Shown here: piece after piece, positions 1-8,753 of the stretch | How positions within the stretch are numbered: position 1 is the stretch's first letter | Layout: every line of letters begins with the position of its first letter | NCBI GenBank assembly: GCA_964388845.1 | Contig: CAYMCD010000001.1 | Span: 36,556 to 98,312 of the forward strand | Direction: 5' to 3' | Origin: an uncultured Verrucomicrobiota bacterium | Lineage (GTDB): Bacteria; Verrucomicrobiota; Kiritimatiellia; CAIVKH01 | DNA length: 61,757 nucleotides | Notes under the pieces: model-generated | What the model was told of the DNA's origin: nothing | What the model saw: only the letters and a program-made list of their open reading frames with translations | Database searches by the model: none | Program-made: the position numbers and the translations under genes

Positions 1-172
1 CGAATCCGTCCCCGTCGGTATCCTCCTGCCCGGGATTGTAGGCATAGGGGCAGTTGTCCGCCGAATCCTCCACACCATCCCCATCCGAGTCGACGGCGGA
101 TGCGGCTGGAACCTGCATGAAGCAAACAATCGTCAGAATCAAAGCCAGGCGATGAAAATCAATTCCTCTCAT
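1..172 (-). CDS. Partial CDS (N-terminus only, continues past left edge): secreted thrombospondin-type-3 (Ca-binding) repeat protein
   Basis: Own translation of the minus strand from ATG at 172: MRGIDFHRLALILTIVCFMQVPAASAVDSDGDGVEDSADNCPYAYNPGQEDTDGDGF. This is a signal peptide followed by DxDxDGxxDxxDNCP-type repeats. It is absent from the ORF track because the window edge truncates it. Confidence 0.6.
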   Translation of the reverse strand, partial: MRGIDFHRLALILTIVCFMQVPAASAVDSDGDGVEDSADNCPYAYNPGQEDTDGDGF

Positions 173-321
173 AATTATGCGCCGCCGCGGGCTATTTCAG
201 CGCGGCAGGGAGCAGGGCTATTCGCGGCCTCAAGGACTCCCCTCCCGTCGTGACGCATTGTACCCATATCACAAAAAGTGGGGTCATATTATTCCGTGGC
301 AACCGCTTCGGATGTCCACGA

Positions 322-1461
322 TTAACGCGCTTTTCCCAATTGCTTATCCAGCTCCAGCGCAATCGCGGGCAGCGAGATTGTATTGATACAATCCTTGCCC
401 CAAGGGCAATCGCGGTTGTAGCCGCAGAAGCAGGCGCAGTCGTCGGGGCGCAGCTTTGCCAGAAGCCCGTCGTACGCGTGGATCTCCGCGATGCTGGTGG
501 GGCAGAACACGACCACGGTAGGGACGCCCCTGGCCGTGGCGATGTGCAGCGCCAGGGTATCGCCGCAAATCAGCGCGTCGCATTGATCCACCCGCGCGGC
601 GAAATCCAGCAGGCTGTGCTCGCAGCCGGCATCCCGCACCCGCTCTGACACGAGCGCGGCCGCCAGCCGTTCGTTCCGTTCGCCTTCGCCCGGACCTCCC
701 AACAGCAGGATCTTCCGCCCCGGGTCTTCCAACAGGCGGTGCACCAGCTCCACCTGGCGCGCCTCGCTCATCATCTTGAGCGGCCAGCGTCCACCCGCGC
801 CCGTATTGAGTCCCACGAGGACTTCGCCCGGCTGGATCCAACCTTCCCGCACCGCGGCCCGGGCTGCGGCGCGCCGTTTTTCCTCGAGGACCAGCACCGG
901 GCGCTCAATCGGTTCGTGGAATCCGCAGATGGCGTACATGTGCTCCTGGTAGGAACGCGTATTCGCTTTCTTGCGCTGATCGAACGATGCGAGCGTGATC
1001 CACGCCTCCGCGGCCTCGTTGGTGGGCGTGATGGCGCCCTGGGGCGAGAGCACATACCCGATCTTGCGCGGCGCGCGGGCCTGCGCCGCCAGCGCGCTGC
1101 TGGTGAATGCATTGTCGAGGTTGATGACCAGGTCCCACTCCTGGACGGCCAGGCGCGCCTGCGTCCCGGCGTCATCCAGCAACCAGACCTCATCCACGTG
1201 CGGGTTGCCGGAGAGCAGCGGCGCGGAGGCGGCGCGGGTCAGCCATGTGATGTGGCTGTCGGGGTGCGCCGACTTCAATTTGGGCAGGATGACGGTGCTG
1301 CGCAAGACATCGCCGATCGCATCGAGCTTCACGATCAGGACGCGCAGCCCGATCGGCTCGGCGTGGGCGCAGGAGGGGCATTGCGATCCATCGGCCTTGT
1401 TCCACCGGCAGGGCCGGTCGCCGCGATAGTGCCGGCACGCGATGTTGCGATCAGGCGACAT
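322..1461 (-). CDS. Glycosyltransferase family 9 (heptosyltransferase-like), 379 aa, with Cys-rich N- and C-terminal extensions
   Basis: ORF 322..1614 trimmed to the ATG at 1461 (MSPDRNIACRHY...), which overlaps the upstream stop (1451-1453) by 11 nt. GT9-type motifs: LRVLIVKLDAIGDVLRSTVILPKLK, GLNTGAGGRWPLK, LICGDTLALHIATARGVPTVVVF. Confidence 0.8.
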   Translation of the reverse strand: MSPDRNIACRHYRGDRPCRWNKADGSQCPSCAHAEPIGLRVLIVKLDAIGDVLRSTVILPKLKSAHPDSHITWLTRAASAPLLSGNPHVDEVWLLDDAGTQARLAVQEWDLVINLDNAFTSSALAAQARAPRKIGYVLSPQGAITPTNEAAEAWITLASFDQRKKANTRSYQEHMYAICGFHEPIERPVLVLEEKRRAAARAAVREGWIQPGEVLVGLNTGAGGRWPLKMMSEARQVELVHRLLEDPGRKILLLGGPGEGERNERLAAALVSERVRDAGCEHSLLDFAARVDQCDALICGDTLALHIATARGVPTVVVFCPTSIAEIHAYDGLLAKLRPDDCACFCGYNRDCPWGKDCINTISLPAIALELDKQLGKAR

Positions 1462-2485
1462 CCAGTAGTTCCCGGTACACAGTGGATACCATCCGGGCCA
1501 CGTTGCGCCAGTCGAATTTTCTTCCCTCCTCGCGCGTGACCGCGCGGGCCTGGGCCCGCTGCGCCGGGGACCATGCGGCGCGCTCCACGAGGGATGCGAG
1601 CGCCGACTCCGCATCCCGGAACGTCCGCGTGGTGCTGACCGCGTAATCGTGGATGGCCGGCAGGTCGCTGCACAGGGTGGGGGTCCCGACGCTGTAGGCC
1701 TCCAGCACGGCGGTGTTGTTCGTGGCGAAATTCAGCGGCAGCAACAGCGTCCGGCAGCGCGCGATCAAAGCGAAATACGCGGCCTCGTCGAGTCGCGGTT
1801 CGATCACGACATTCGGCCGCGCCGCGTAGGACTCGCGGCGGCGCGCGGGCAGCCCCACCAGGTGAAAGCGCCAGGCGGGATGCCGCGCGGCGGCCTGGTC
1901 CAGAATGGCCTCGGTCATCGGCCAGTCGCGGTAGTTGCTGCCGATGGTGACCACCCGGAAGACGCCGTCGTCCGGGACCGCGGCCGGGCGGAATTCGTGG
2001 TCCATGTCGAACCCGCAGGGGACCCACCAGGCCTTGACCTCGGGCAGCAGCGACTGGACCTGCTCCACCTGCCAGCGCGCGAGCGCAATGATGCCGTGCA
2101 GCTCGCGATAGGCGCGCAGCGTATTCTCCAGCGAATAATAATCGAGCGGGAGGTGGATGGTGGCCAGCAGGCGCGTTCGCGGCGCGAGCCGGCGCAGCAG
2201 ATGGAAGGTGGTGCGCGGATGGAACTCGGCATGGATGAAGTGGATCAGGCGGTAGGCGTTCGCGCGCGCGAGGATGCCCAGATCGAAGATCCGGCGCCCG
2301 GCCTTCCAGCGCCGCGATCCCTCGGGCGCCGCGCCCCAGGGCCAGTCGTCCGCGCGCATTTCCACGCCTTTGAGGTAGTCGCACAGGACCCCCGAACCGC
2401 CTAGTCTGGAGTGATGGGCGAAGACGTGCCGGATCATCAGCACCTCGCGCAGCCCGGCGGGGTCGGATGGGCGTTTCGTTGTCAT
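1451..2485 (-). CDS. GT-B fold glycosyltransferase (GT4-like), 344 aa
   Basis: Complete ORF. The C-terminal half resembles retaining GT4 enzymes (RFHLVGLP..., CRTLLLPLNFATNNTAVLEAYSVGTPTLCSD). An alternative start M17 at 2437 (MIRHVFAHHSRLGGSG) is possible. Confidence 0.7.
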   Translation of the reverse strand: MTTKRPSDPAGLREVLMIRHVFAHHSRLGGSGVLCDYLKGVEMRADDWPWGAAPEGSRRWKAGRRIFDLGILARANAYRLIHFIHAEFHPRTTFHLLRRLAPRTRLLATIHLPLDYYSLENTLRAYRELHGIIALARWQVEQVQSLLPEVKAWWVPCGFDMDHEFRPAAVPDDGVFRVVTIGSNYRDWPMTEAILDQAAARHPAWRFHLVGLPARRRESYAARPNVVIEPRLDEAAYFALIARCRTLLLPLNFATNNTAVLEAYSVGTPTLCSDLPAIHDYAVSTTRTFRDAESALASLVERAAWSPAQRAQARAVTREEGRKFDWRNVARMVSTVYRELLDVA

Positions 2486-2494
2486 CCGGCGCGG

Positions 2495-4039
2495 CTAGTC
2501 GTGTGCGCCCCGGGTCACGGCCTCGAGAATATCCACCGTGTGCACCTTGTTCCGCGGGGTGGCATGGGGCCGGGCCGGATTCCACCGATCGTGCCAGTGG
2601 AGCGTATCGCCCTCCCATCGCGCGCCGGATTCCATATCCAGGATGCCGAACGGCGCGCGTGGATTTCCCGAGGCCATCCGCACCATGATGCCGGGCGCGG
2701 TGCCTCGGATGAGATCCGCGCTTCCGTATTTGCTCCACGCGTGCGCGGCGACGGCGTCGGGCGCGAGGATGCCCGGCGTGAGCCGGCGCCGCAGCGAATC
2801 AGACGTGAAAAGGACGACTTCGGCGTCGTGCCAGAGGGGTCGGGTGTCCTGGATTGCCCGGTACAGCCGCCGGTGGAATCGCCCGCAGTCCTGCCAGAGC
2901 TGGGCGGAACCGAGATTCGCCAGCAGCAACAGCGCCGTTGCGAGGGAAAAGGCGGGGACCCACGCGCGCGGATCCCGATCGGCCAGGAGCACCCCCGCGG
3001 CCATGGCGACGGCCATGCCGGGGAGAAAATGAAGCCGGCCCGCCTGCCAGGAAACAATGCAGGGCAGCGCAGTCGCCAGGAACCACAGACCGGCGAAGCG
3101 CAGCGCGGTGTGCTTCGCGCCCCGCGGGATTGGGGTCGCCGGCGGTTTCCGGGCGAGTGTCCACCCGACGAGCAGGGCCGCCCCGAGCGCCGCGACAAAT
3201 AAACCGCGCCACTCCCACTTCGGCAGCGTCGCGAACCCGGAAAGCCCCTGTGTGATCGTGGTCAACAAATTCTCGCCCATCCAGCCGCTGAAAAACTCCT
3301 TGGCATTCCAGGCCAGGTAGGAGAGGTCCACGGACGGCGCACGCGATTCATACAGCACGCCCGGCGCGGCGCCGAATCCCCGCGTGAACCGCCAGGCCAG
3401 ATACAGGCCCGCGCCGGCGCAGGGGAAGGCCAGCGCGCCCAAATCCCGCGCCGGCCGGTCGCGGCGCACCAGCGCCAGGAAGGCGAGCGGCAGCGCGAAC
3501 CCGGCCTCGAACGTCGCCGATCCCAGGAGCATCAGGATGCCGGAAAGCGGCGCCCAGCCGAAGGCGCCGCCCCGCGCGTACCGGATCCAGGCCGCCGCCG
3601 CGCCCACATAGGCGATAAACGCCGGAAGGTAGATCGCCACGGTCGCCCAGTTGTAGAGGTCGGCCGGATGCGGGAGCAGCGCAAACACCACTCCGGCGAT
3701 CGCCGTGGCCCGGCGGTTTCCCGTCAACTGGTTCACGCAGAGGAGGAACAGGAGGAGGATGACGGCGTGGTGGACGATGTTGTGCAGCGTGAAGAGCGCC
3801 GGCCGGTCGCCGATCGCGCGGAAGACCGAGAAGAGAAGGCTCGCGCCGAGCGGCCGGTCGGGCTCGCCCCGGGCGGTGGCGGCGGAGGCGGCGAACGATT
3901 CGAACGTGCGGGATCGGTCGAGGATCGGCCAGTCGTCGCCGAGGAAATCCGTGACCGGCGCCGCGGCGTAGCGCGAAAACAGGAGGAGGACGAGACACGG
4001 CAGGTACAGCGCGAGGCCGGCGCGGCGGGCGGCGCTCAT
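2495..4039 (-). CDS. Polytopic membrane protein, GT-C-like (ArnT/PMT-type) glycosyltransferase candidate, 514 aa
   Basis: ORF 2495..4738 trimmed to the ATG at 4039 (MSAARRAGLALYLPCLVLLLF...), an ATGA overlap with the upstream methyltransferase stop. It has many hydrophobic segments and an acidic DD motif in the first loop (FLGDDWPILD). The C-terminal ~130 aa look like a soluble domain. Confidence 0.6.
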   Translation of the reverse strand: MSAARRAGLALYLPCLVLLLFSRYAAAPVTDFLGDDWPILDRSRTFESFAASAATARGEPDRPLGASLLFSVFRAIGDRPALFTLHNIVHHAVILLLFLLCVNQLTGNRRATAIAGVVFALLPHPADLYNWATVAIYLPAFIAYVGAAAAWIRYARGGAFGWAPLSGILMLLGSATFEAGFALPLAFLALVRRDRPARDLGALAFPCAGAGLYLAWRFTRGFGAAPGVLYESRAPSVDLSYLAWNAKEFFSGWMGENLLTTITQGLSGFATLPKWEWRGLFVAALGAALLVGWTLARKPPATPIPRGAKHTALRFAGLWFLATALPCIVSWQAGRLHFLPGMAVAMAAGVLLADRDPRAWVPAFSLATALLLLANLGSAQLWQDCGRFHRRLYRAIQDTRPLWHDAEVVLFTSDSLRRRLTPGILAPDAVAAHAWSKYGSADLIRGTAPGIMVRMASGNPRAPFGILDMESGARWEGDTLHWHDRWNPARPHATPRNKVHTVDILEAVTRGAHD

Positions 4040-4788
4040 GGCGATCCCCTCCAGCGCGCCTCGGCATACACCGAAATGCCGAACGGCAGGTTGAACAGGC
4101 GCAGCAGGTGGCGTTCGAACGCGAACAGGTGATACATCACGCGATTGACGGGGCCGGCGCTGTATTCGAAATCGCTCCCGGACCCGAGCTTCTTCGGCGG
4201 GCGCAGCCGGGCGAGCAGGCGGAAGCCCGCGATGGCGGGGAAGAGCAGCGTGTTGAAGTAGCAGCAGCGCACGATCTCGAACCCGCTTTCGCGCAGCGCG
4301 GCGCGCAGCGTCGGGCGCGTGTACCGGCGGAAATGCAGGCTCACCTCGTCCTGCTGCCCCCACAGGAACATGTAGGCCGGGACCGAGAGGACCAGCCGCG
4401 CGCCGGGCTTGAGTTTGCGCGCCACGTTGGCCAGCGCGACGCGGTCGTCGCGCGTGTGTTCGAGCACGTCGAACATAGTGATGCCGTCCAGCGCGCCGTC
4501 GGGGATGTCCGCCGGGAGCGATTCGACCGTCGCGATATGAACCGGCACGGGGCCCTTGCCGCGCGCGCGCTCCGCCGAGACGGGATCCGGCTCGATGCCG
4601 ACCAGGCGGGCATCCGGCGGATAGAGCGCGTAGAGATTCTCCCCGCTGCCGACGCCGATTTCGAGGATCGCCGGCGCGGTCGGCCAGTCCATGCGCCGGA
4701 TCAGCGAGCGAAGGATCAGGCGCCGCGCGAGAAACCACCAGTGCTCCCGCTCGAAGCGCTCGTAATCGTTCGCGAAATCCTGTTTCAC
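4036..4788 (-). CDS. Class I SAM-dependent methyltransferase, 250 aa
   Basis: ORF 4036..5043 trimmed to the GTG at 4788 (VKQDFANDYERFEREHWWF...), a GTGA overlap with the stop of the upstream GT2. Motif I is ILEIGVGSGEN; also ITMFDVLEH and KPGARLVLSVP. Confidence 0.8.
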   Translation of the reverse strand: MKQDFANDYERFEREHWWFLARRLILRSLIRRMDWPTAPAILEIGVGSGENLYALYPPDARLVGIEPDPVSAERARGKGPVPVHIATVESLPADIPDGALDGITMFDVLEHTRDDRVALANVARKLKPGARLVLSVPAYMFLWGQQDEVSLHFRRYTRPTLRAALRESGFEIVRCCYFNTLLFPAIAGFRLLARLRPPKKLGSGSDFEYSAGPVNRVMYHLFAFERHLLRLFNLPFGISVYAEARWRGSP

Positions 4789-5747
4789 GCCTGGTGCACG
4801 CCTGTTTGAACCCAGCCGGACGAACCGGCGACCAGGTAGTGGGGCCGGTTCTTCACTTCCTCGAAAATGCGGCCGACGTATTCGCCGATGATGCCCAGCA
4901 CGATCAGCTGGATGCCGCCGAAGAAGAGCAGCATCACGGCGAGGGAGGCCCAGCCCGGCGGCACCTTCTGCAGGAAAAACGCGCTGCCGACGGCCCATAG
5001 CGCGAGCAGGAAGCCGAGGCCGGAGGTCAGCACCCCGATCCATGTCGCCAGGCGCAGGGGGACGGTCGAAAAAGAAATGAAGCCATCCAGCGCCAGTTTC
5101 ATGAGCCGCCGCAAATTGTACTTCGGTTCGCCGGCCTGGCGGGCGGCCCGTTCGTAGGGCAGGCCCGTCTGCCGGAACCCGACCCAGCCGCGCAATCCGC
5201 GCACGAAGCGGTTGTGTTCCGGCATCGCGTTGATGAAATCAACCACGCGCCGGTCCATCAGTGAAAAATCGCCGGCATCCAGCGGGATATCAATATTGGC
5301 CATCCGCTTGAGCAAGCGGTAGAACAGCGCGTAGGCGCCGCGCAGCAGCCGGCCTTCCTTGCGGTTGGTCCGAACGCCGTACACCACGTCGAAACCGGCG
5401 CGCCACTGGTCAATCATCCGCAGGACGACGGCCGGGGGATCCTGCAGGTCGGCATCCAGCACCGCGACGAGGTCGCCCCGGATGTAGCGCAGGCCCGCGC
5501 TCACCGCGGTCTGGTGGCCGAAGTTCCGGGAAAACGAGAGGCAGGCGAACGCGGGCTGCCGGGCACAGGCTTCATCCAGCATCCGGCGCGTGTCGTCCCG
5601 GCTCCCATCGTCCACGAAGAGCACCCGGCAGGGCACTTCCGAGAGGGCGATAAACGACTCCAACTCGGCAACCAGGCGGGGGAGCACCTGGGCCTCGTTG
5701 AAGCAGGGAATGACCAATCCGAGCTCGGGTTTGGCGGGGCGGTTCAT
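4785..5747 (-). CDS. GT2 polyprenyl-phosphate glycosyltransferase (ArnC/GtrB-like), 320 aa
   Basis: Motifs LVIPCFNEAQVL, FVDDGSRDDT, LDADLQDPP and NRFVRGLRGWVGF, plus two C-terminal TM helices (WIGVLTSGLGFLLALWAV, LAVMLLFFGGIQLIVLGIIGEYVGR). This is the architecture of Und-P-sugar synthases. Confidence 0.85.
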   Translation of the reverse strand: MNRPAKPELGLVIPCFNEAQVLPRLVAELESFIALSEVPCRVLFVDDGSRDDTRRMLDEACARQPAFACLSFSRNFGHQTAVSAGLRYIRGDLVAVLDADLQDPPAVVLRMIDQWRAGFDVVYGVRTNRKEGRLLRGAYALFYRLLKRMANIDIPLDAGDFSLMDRRVVDFINAMPEHNRFVRGLRGWVGFRQTGLPYERAARQAGEPKYNLRRLMKLALDGFISFSTVPLRLATWIGVLTSGLGFLLALWAVGSAFFLQKVPPGWASLAVMLLFFGGIQLIVLGIIGEYVGRIFEEVKNRPHYLVAGSSGWVQTGVHQA

Positions 5748-5789
5748 GCAGGGCGCATTTCATCGGCGCAACCCCGTCCGGGTCAAGCC

Positions 5790-6761
5790 TTATGCGGGGC
5801 CTCCTGCGGCGGGCTTGCGCAGGCGCACGGCGATGGATCCGCGCAGATATTCGTAAACGCGCGGCCAGCGCCGCAACACGGGCGCGCATGCCAGCAGGGC
5901 CTTCTCGTCGCCGTACGCGGCCCGCGCGGCCACCTCGAACGGCGAGGCCCGCACCTGGCGTTCGACCTCGGCCACCGTCAACTTGTTCAGGCTGTGCAAC
6001 CCGCCGGCCAACAGGTCGAGCTCGCCGGCCTCCGGGCCCATCCGGCGCCGGGCCAGGTAGCGGCGGCGCTCCCGCTCCCAGAACGCCTCGACTCCTGCTT
6101 CGCTGAAAAACAGGCAGGGCCAGGGGACCCGGACGAAGTGGCCGACATGCGCGCCATACCGGCTGCGGAAAGAATCGTGGGTGATGTACGCCTCCCCGCC
6201 GGGTTTGAGCACCCGATACATTTCCGCGAGGGCCCCGGGGAGATCCGGCAGGTGCTCAAACACCGTGTGGGAAATGACGCGATCGTAGGAATCCGCCGGA
6301 AACCGCAGGTCGTACACCGACATGATCTCAAAGCGTGCGTGGGCGAGACCCTGACGGGCCGCCTCGCGCCGTGCATACGGGATGCGCGGTTCATCAATGT
6401 CAATGCCGTCCACCCCGGCCGCGCCACGCGCCGCCACCGCCAGCGCGAACGTGCCGGATCCGCAGCCCACGTCGAGGATGCGCCGCCCCGCGAACCAGTC
6501 GTCGTAGATGCCGAGCCGCCGGGCCAGGGTGAAGAAATCGCTGATGTCCTGGCCGCGCGAAAAGTTTTCCACGGAAAGGAACTGGCGCGGATCGAATACC
6601 GGGCGGAACAGCGGGTTGCATAGCGCCAGGCCGGCCTTGTCCGCCGCGCGGCGCGCGCGCGCGCCAAAGAGACCGGCGATCCGCGCGAGCAGACCCGCCG
6701 CGGCCGGCGCGAGCAGGCGCGCATAGAATCCCGTGAAGGAAAGCGCGGTCCGGAAATTCAT
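5790..6761 (-). CDS. Class I SAM-dependent methyltransferase, 323 aa
   Basis: Motif I is RILDVGCGSGTFA; also YDRVISHTVFEHL and LKPGGEAYI. ATGA overlap with the stop of the upstream GT2 at 6758-6761. Confidence 0.8.
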   Translation of the reverse strand: MNFRTALSFTGFYARLLAPAAAGLLARIAGLFGARARRAADKAGLALCNPLFRPVFDPRQFLSVENFSRGQDISDFFTLARRLGIYDDWFAGRRILDVGCGSGTFALAVAARGAAGVDGIDIDEPRIPYARREAARQGLAHARFEIMSVYDLRFPADSYDRVISHTVFEHLPDLPGALAEMYRVLKPGGEAYITHDSFRSRYGAHVGHFVRVPWPCLFFSEAGVEAFWERERRRYLARRRMGPEAGELDLLAGGLHSLNKLTVAEVERQVRASPFEVAARAAYGDEKALLACAPVLRRWPRVYEYLRGSIAVRLRKPAAGGPA

Positions 6762-7822
6762 TTACGCATCTCCGTCTTGTCGGCCCGGATCAAGGCGCGC
6801 AGCCGCCGCCAGGCGGGGCGGGGCAGCGGATGTCTCCGGCGCCAGCGGAATCCGGCCAGCGCGTCTCGCAATCCTTCCCGGCAGGCCCGGCCCTGGCCCT
6901 GCTCGCGGCCCTCCCGCCAGAGCTGCCAGCCCTGGACCCCCGCGCGCAGCAGCGCGTCCGGAAAAGGGAAAAGCTCGAGCGGCATCCAGAGCATGTTGCG
7001 AACGTGCATCGCGAATTGGCGGCCCTGGCGGGCGCGCGGGGTGAAGGCGTGGACGATTTTCACCTCCGGAAAGTACACGACGCGGAATCCCGCCCCGACG
7101 ACCTGATAGGCGTAGTACTGGTCTTCCGCGCCGTAGGGGGAAAAATGTTCGGCGAATCCCCCGATGCGTTCGAACAGGTCGCGCCGGGTGGCGAAGGAAC
7201 AGCCGTCCACGCGGATTGTGTCGAAGCGGCGCTCCCGCCACGCGGCGGCCGGCCGCGAAAAGGGCCACATCAGGTGCCCGTCAGGCCTGCGGACTTCGAA
7301 GGAAATGGCCCCGATGTCGGGTTCCGCATCGAGTACGTGCGCCATGCGCGCCAGCCCGTCCGGTGTTTCAATCGCCGCGTCACTGTCCAGCGAGAAGAGG
7401 ATGTCGCCGCGCGCCTCGCGGAAGGCGCGATTCCGGCCGCCCGCGACGCCGTAATTCGCGTCGGCCCACAACAGGCGCACGCGGGCATCCGATCCGAAGG
7501 CGGCGGTCAGCCTTGTCCGTGAGTCGTCCGAGGACGCATTGTCCCAGACCAGAACCTCCAGGCCGGGGTGGTCTTGCCGAAGCGTGGTCCGCACCGCCTG
7601 TTCGGTGTCTTCCGGACGGTTCCAATTCAAGATGACAACGCTGATCCGCACAGGCCGGGGAGCATAACGAAACCCGCCGGGACGCCAAAGGACATTTCGG
7701 GACGGCTCCGGCGGCGCGTCAGGGGTGTCGCGCACTGCCAACAATGGGTCGGCAACATATTCCGCTTGTCTGGCATGCCCGAAGCGCGTTCCATGACCGT
7801 TCTGGGTTTCGTATGCAACCAT
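6758..7822 (-). CDS. GT2 family glycosyltransferase, up to 354 aa
   Basis: Motifs ISVVILNWNRPEDT, VWDNASSDDS, LDSDA and YGAEDQYYAY. The start is uncertain. ATG 7822 overlaps the divergent start at 7821. An in-frame GTG at 7735 would leave an 85-bp lower-GC divergent spacer. Confidence 0.75.
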   Translation of the reverse strand: MVAYETQNGHGTRFGHARQAEYVADPLLAVRDTPDAPPEPSRNVLWRPGGFRYAPRPVRISVVILNWNRPEDTEQAVRTTLRQDHPGLEVLVWDNASSDDSRTRLTAAFGSDARVRLLWADANYGVAGGRNRAFREARGDILFSLDSDAAIETPDGLARMAHVLDAEPDIGAISFEVRRPDGHLMWPFSRPAAAWRERRFDTIRVDGCSFATRRDLFERIGGFAEHFSPYGAEDQYYAYQVVGAGFRVVYFPEVKIVHAFTPRARQGRQFAMHVRNMLWMPLELFPFPDALLRAGVQGWQLWREGREQGQGRACREGLRDALAGFRWRRRHPLPRPAWRRLRALIRADKTEMRK

Positions 7823-8753
7823 GTTGAAGCATCTGGTCATCGCGGGATTGCATGGCAGCGGCTGGGTCGCGCTGCGTCGCCTTCGCACCCGGCGGCGCTT
7901 CCGTGTTGTCACCTATCATGGCGTGGATGAGCGGGACGACCCGGTTCTGAATTTCGATCGGCTGCAGACGCCGCCGTCCCGGTTCCGCGCCCAGTTGGAA
8001 CGGCTGGCCCGCGAGTACCGGATGGTGGATCTACAGGCCGCCGTGCGCCAATGGCAGGACGGCGGCGAATGGCCGGATCGGGGATTGGCCATCACGTTTG
8101 ATGACGGGTACCTGAACAATGTGGAGGTGGCGGCCCCGATCCTGCGCCACATGGGTTTGCCGGCGACTTTTTTTGTCACCGCCGGTTATGTCGAGGGGCG
8201 CGTCGAGCCCTGGTGGTACCAATTGCGCCGCTTCCTGGCCGGATCAACGGGCCGGGCGATGCCGCCCGCGCTGGAGGCCCGGCGGCTGGAATCCGAATGG
8301 CGCTTGCTGCCGGATTCGGAACGCCGGCGGCGTTTCCAATCGTTGGGCGCGTCCAATCCGCCCCCGGCGCCGTGCTATCCATTCATGCGGGAGTCCGATT
8401 TGCGGCGGCTGGTGGAGTGGGGCTTCGATGTTCAGCCCCACGGCGACCTGCACCTCTCGTTCCTGGCTGAAACCGCGTCGCGGCTGGCGGAAGAAGTCGC
8501 GGAGTCGGCGGCGTTCATCCGGCGCGCGACCGGCCGGGCGCCATGGGGGTATGCCTATCCCTACGGCCACGAACCGTCCGATCCGGCGGTCGCGGACCGC
8601 CTCTTTGCGGATCACGGCCTGCGGGTCGCCGTCGGCACCCGCGAGGGCTGCAACGGACCGGGCGCGCCGCGGTGGGCGCTCCGGCGCTGGGACCTGCACG
8701 GCGGATATACGCCGGCGGCGGCCTCCCTGCGCGTCGCGGGAGGGGCCGCATGA
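7821..8753 (+). CDS. Polysaccharide deacetylase (NodB homology / CE4), 310 aa
   Basis: Motifs RVVTYHGV, AITFDDGYLNN, ATFFV and QPHGDLHLSF, matching the NodB Asp-Asp and His-x-x-x-His metal motifs. Confidence 0.8.
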   Translation: MLKHLVIAGLHGSGWVALRRLRTRRRFRVVTYHGVDERDDPVLNFDRLQTPPSRFRAQLERLAREYRMVDLQAAVRQWQDGGEWPDRGLAITFDDGYLNNVEVAAPILRHMGLPATFFVTAGYVEGRVEPWWYQLRRFLAGSTGRAMPPALEARRLESEWRLLPDSERRRRFQSLGASNPPPAPCYPFMRESDLRRLVEWGFDVQPHGDLHLSFLAETASRLAEEVAESAAFIRRATGRAPWGYAYPYGHEPSDPAVADRLFADHGLRVAVGTREGCNGPGAPRWALRRWDLHGGYTPAAASLRVAGGAA

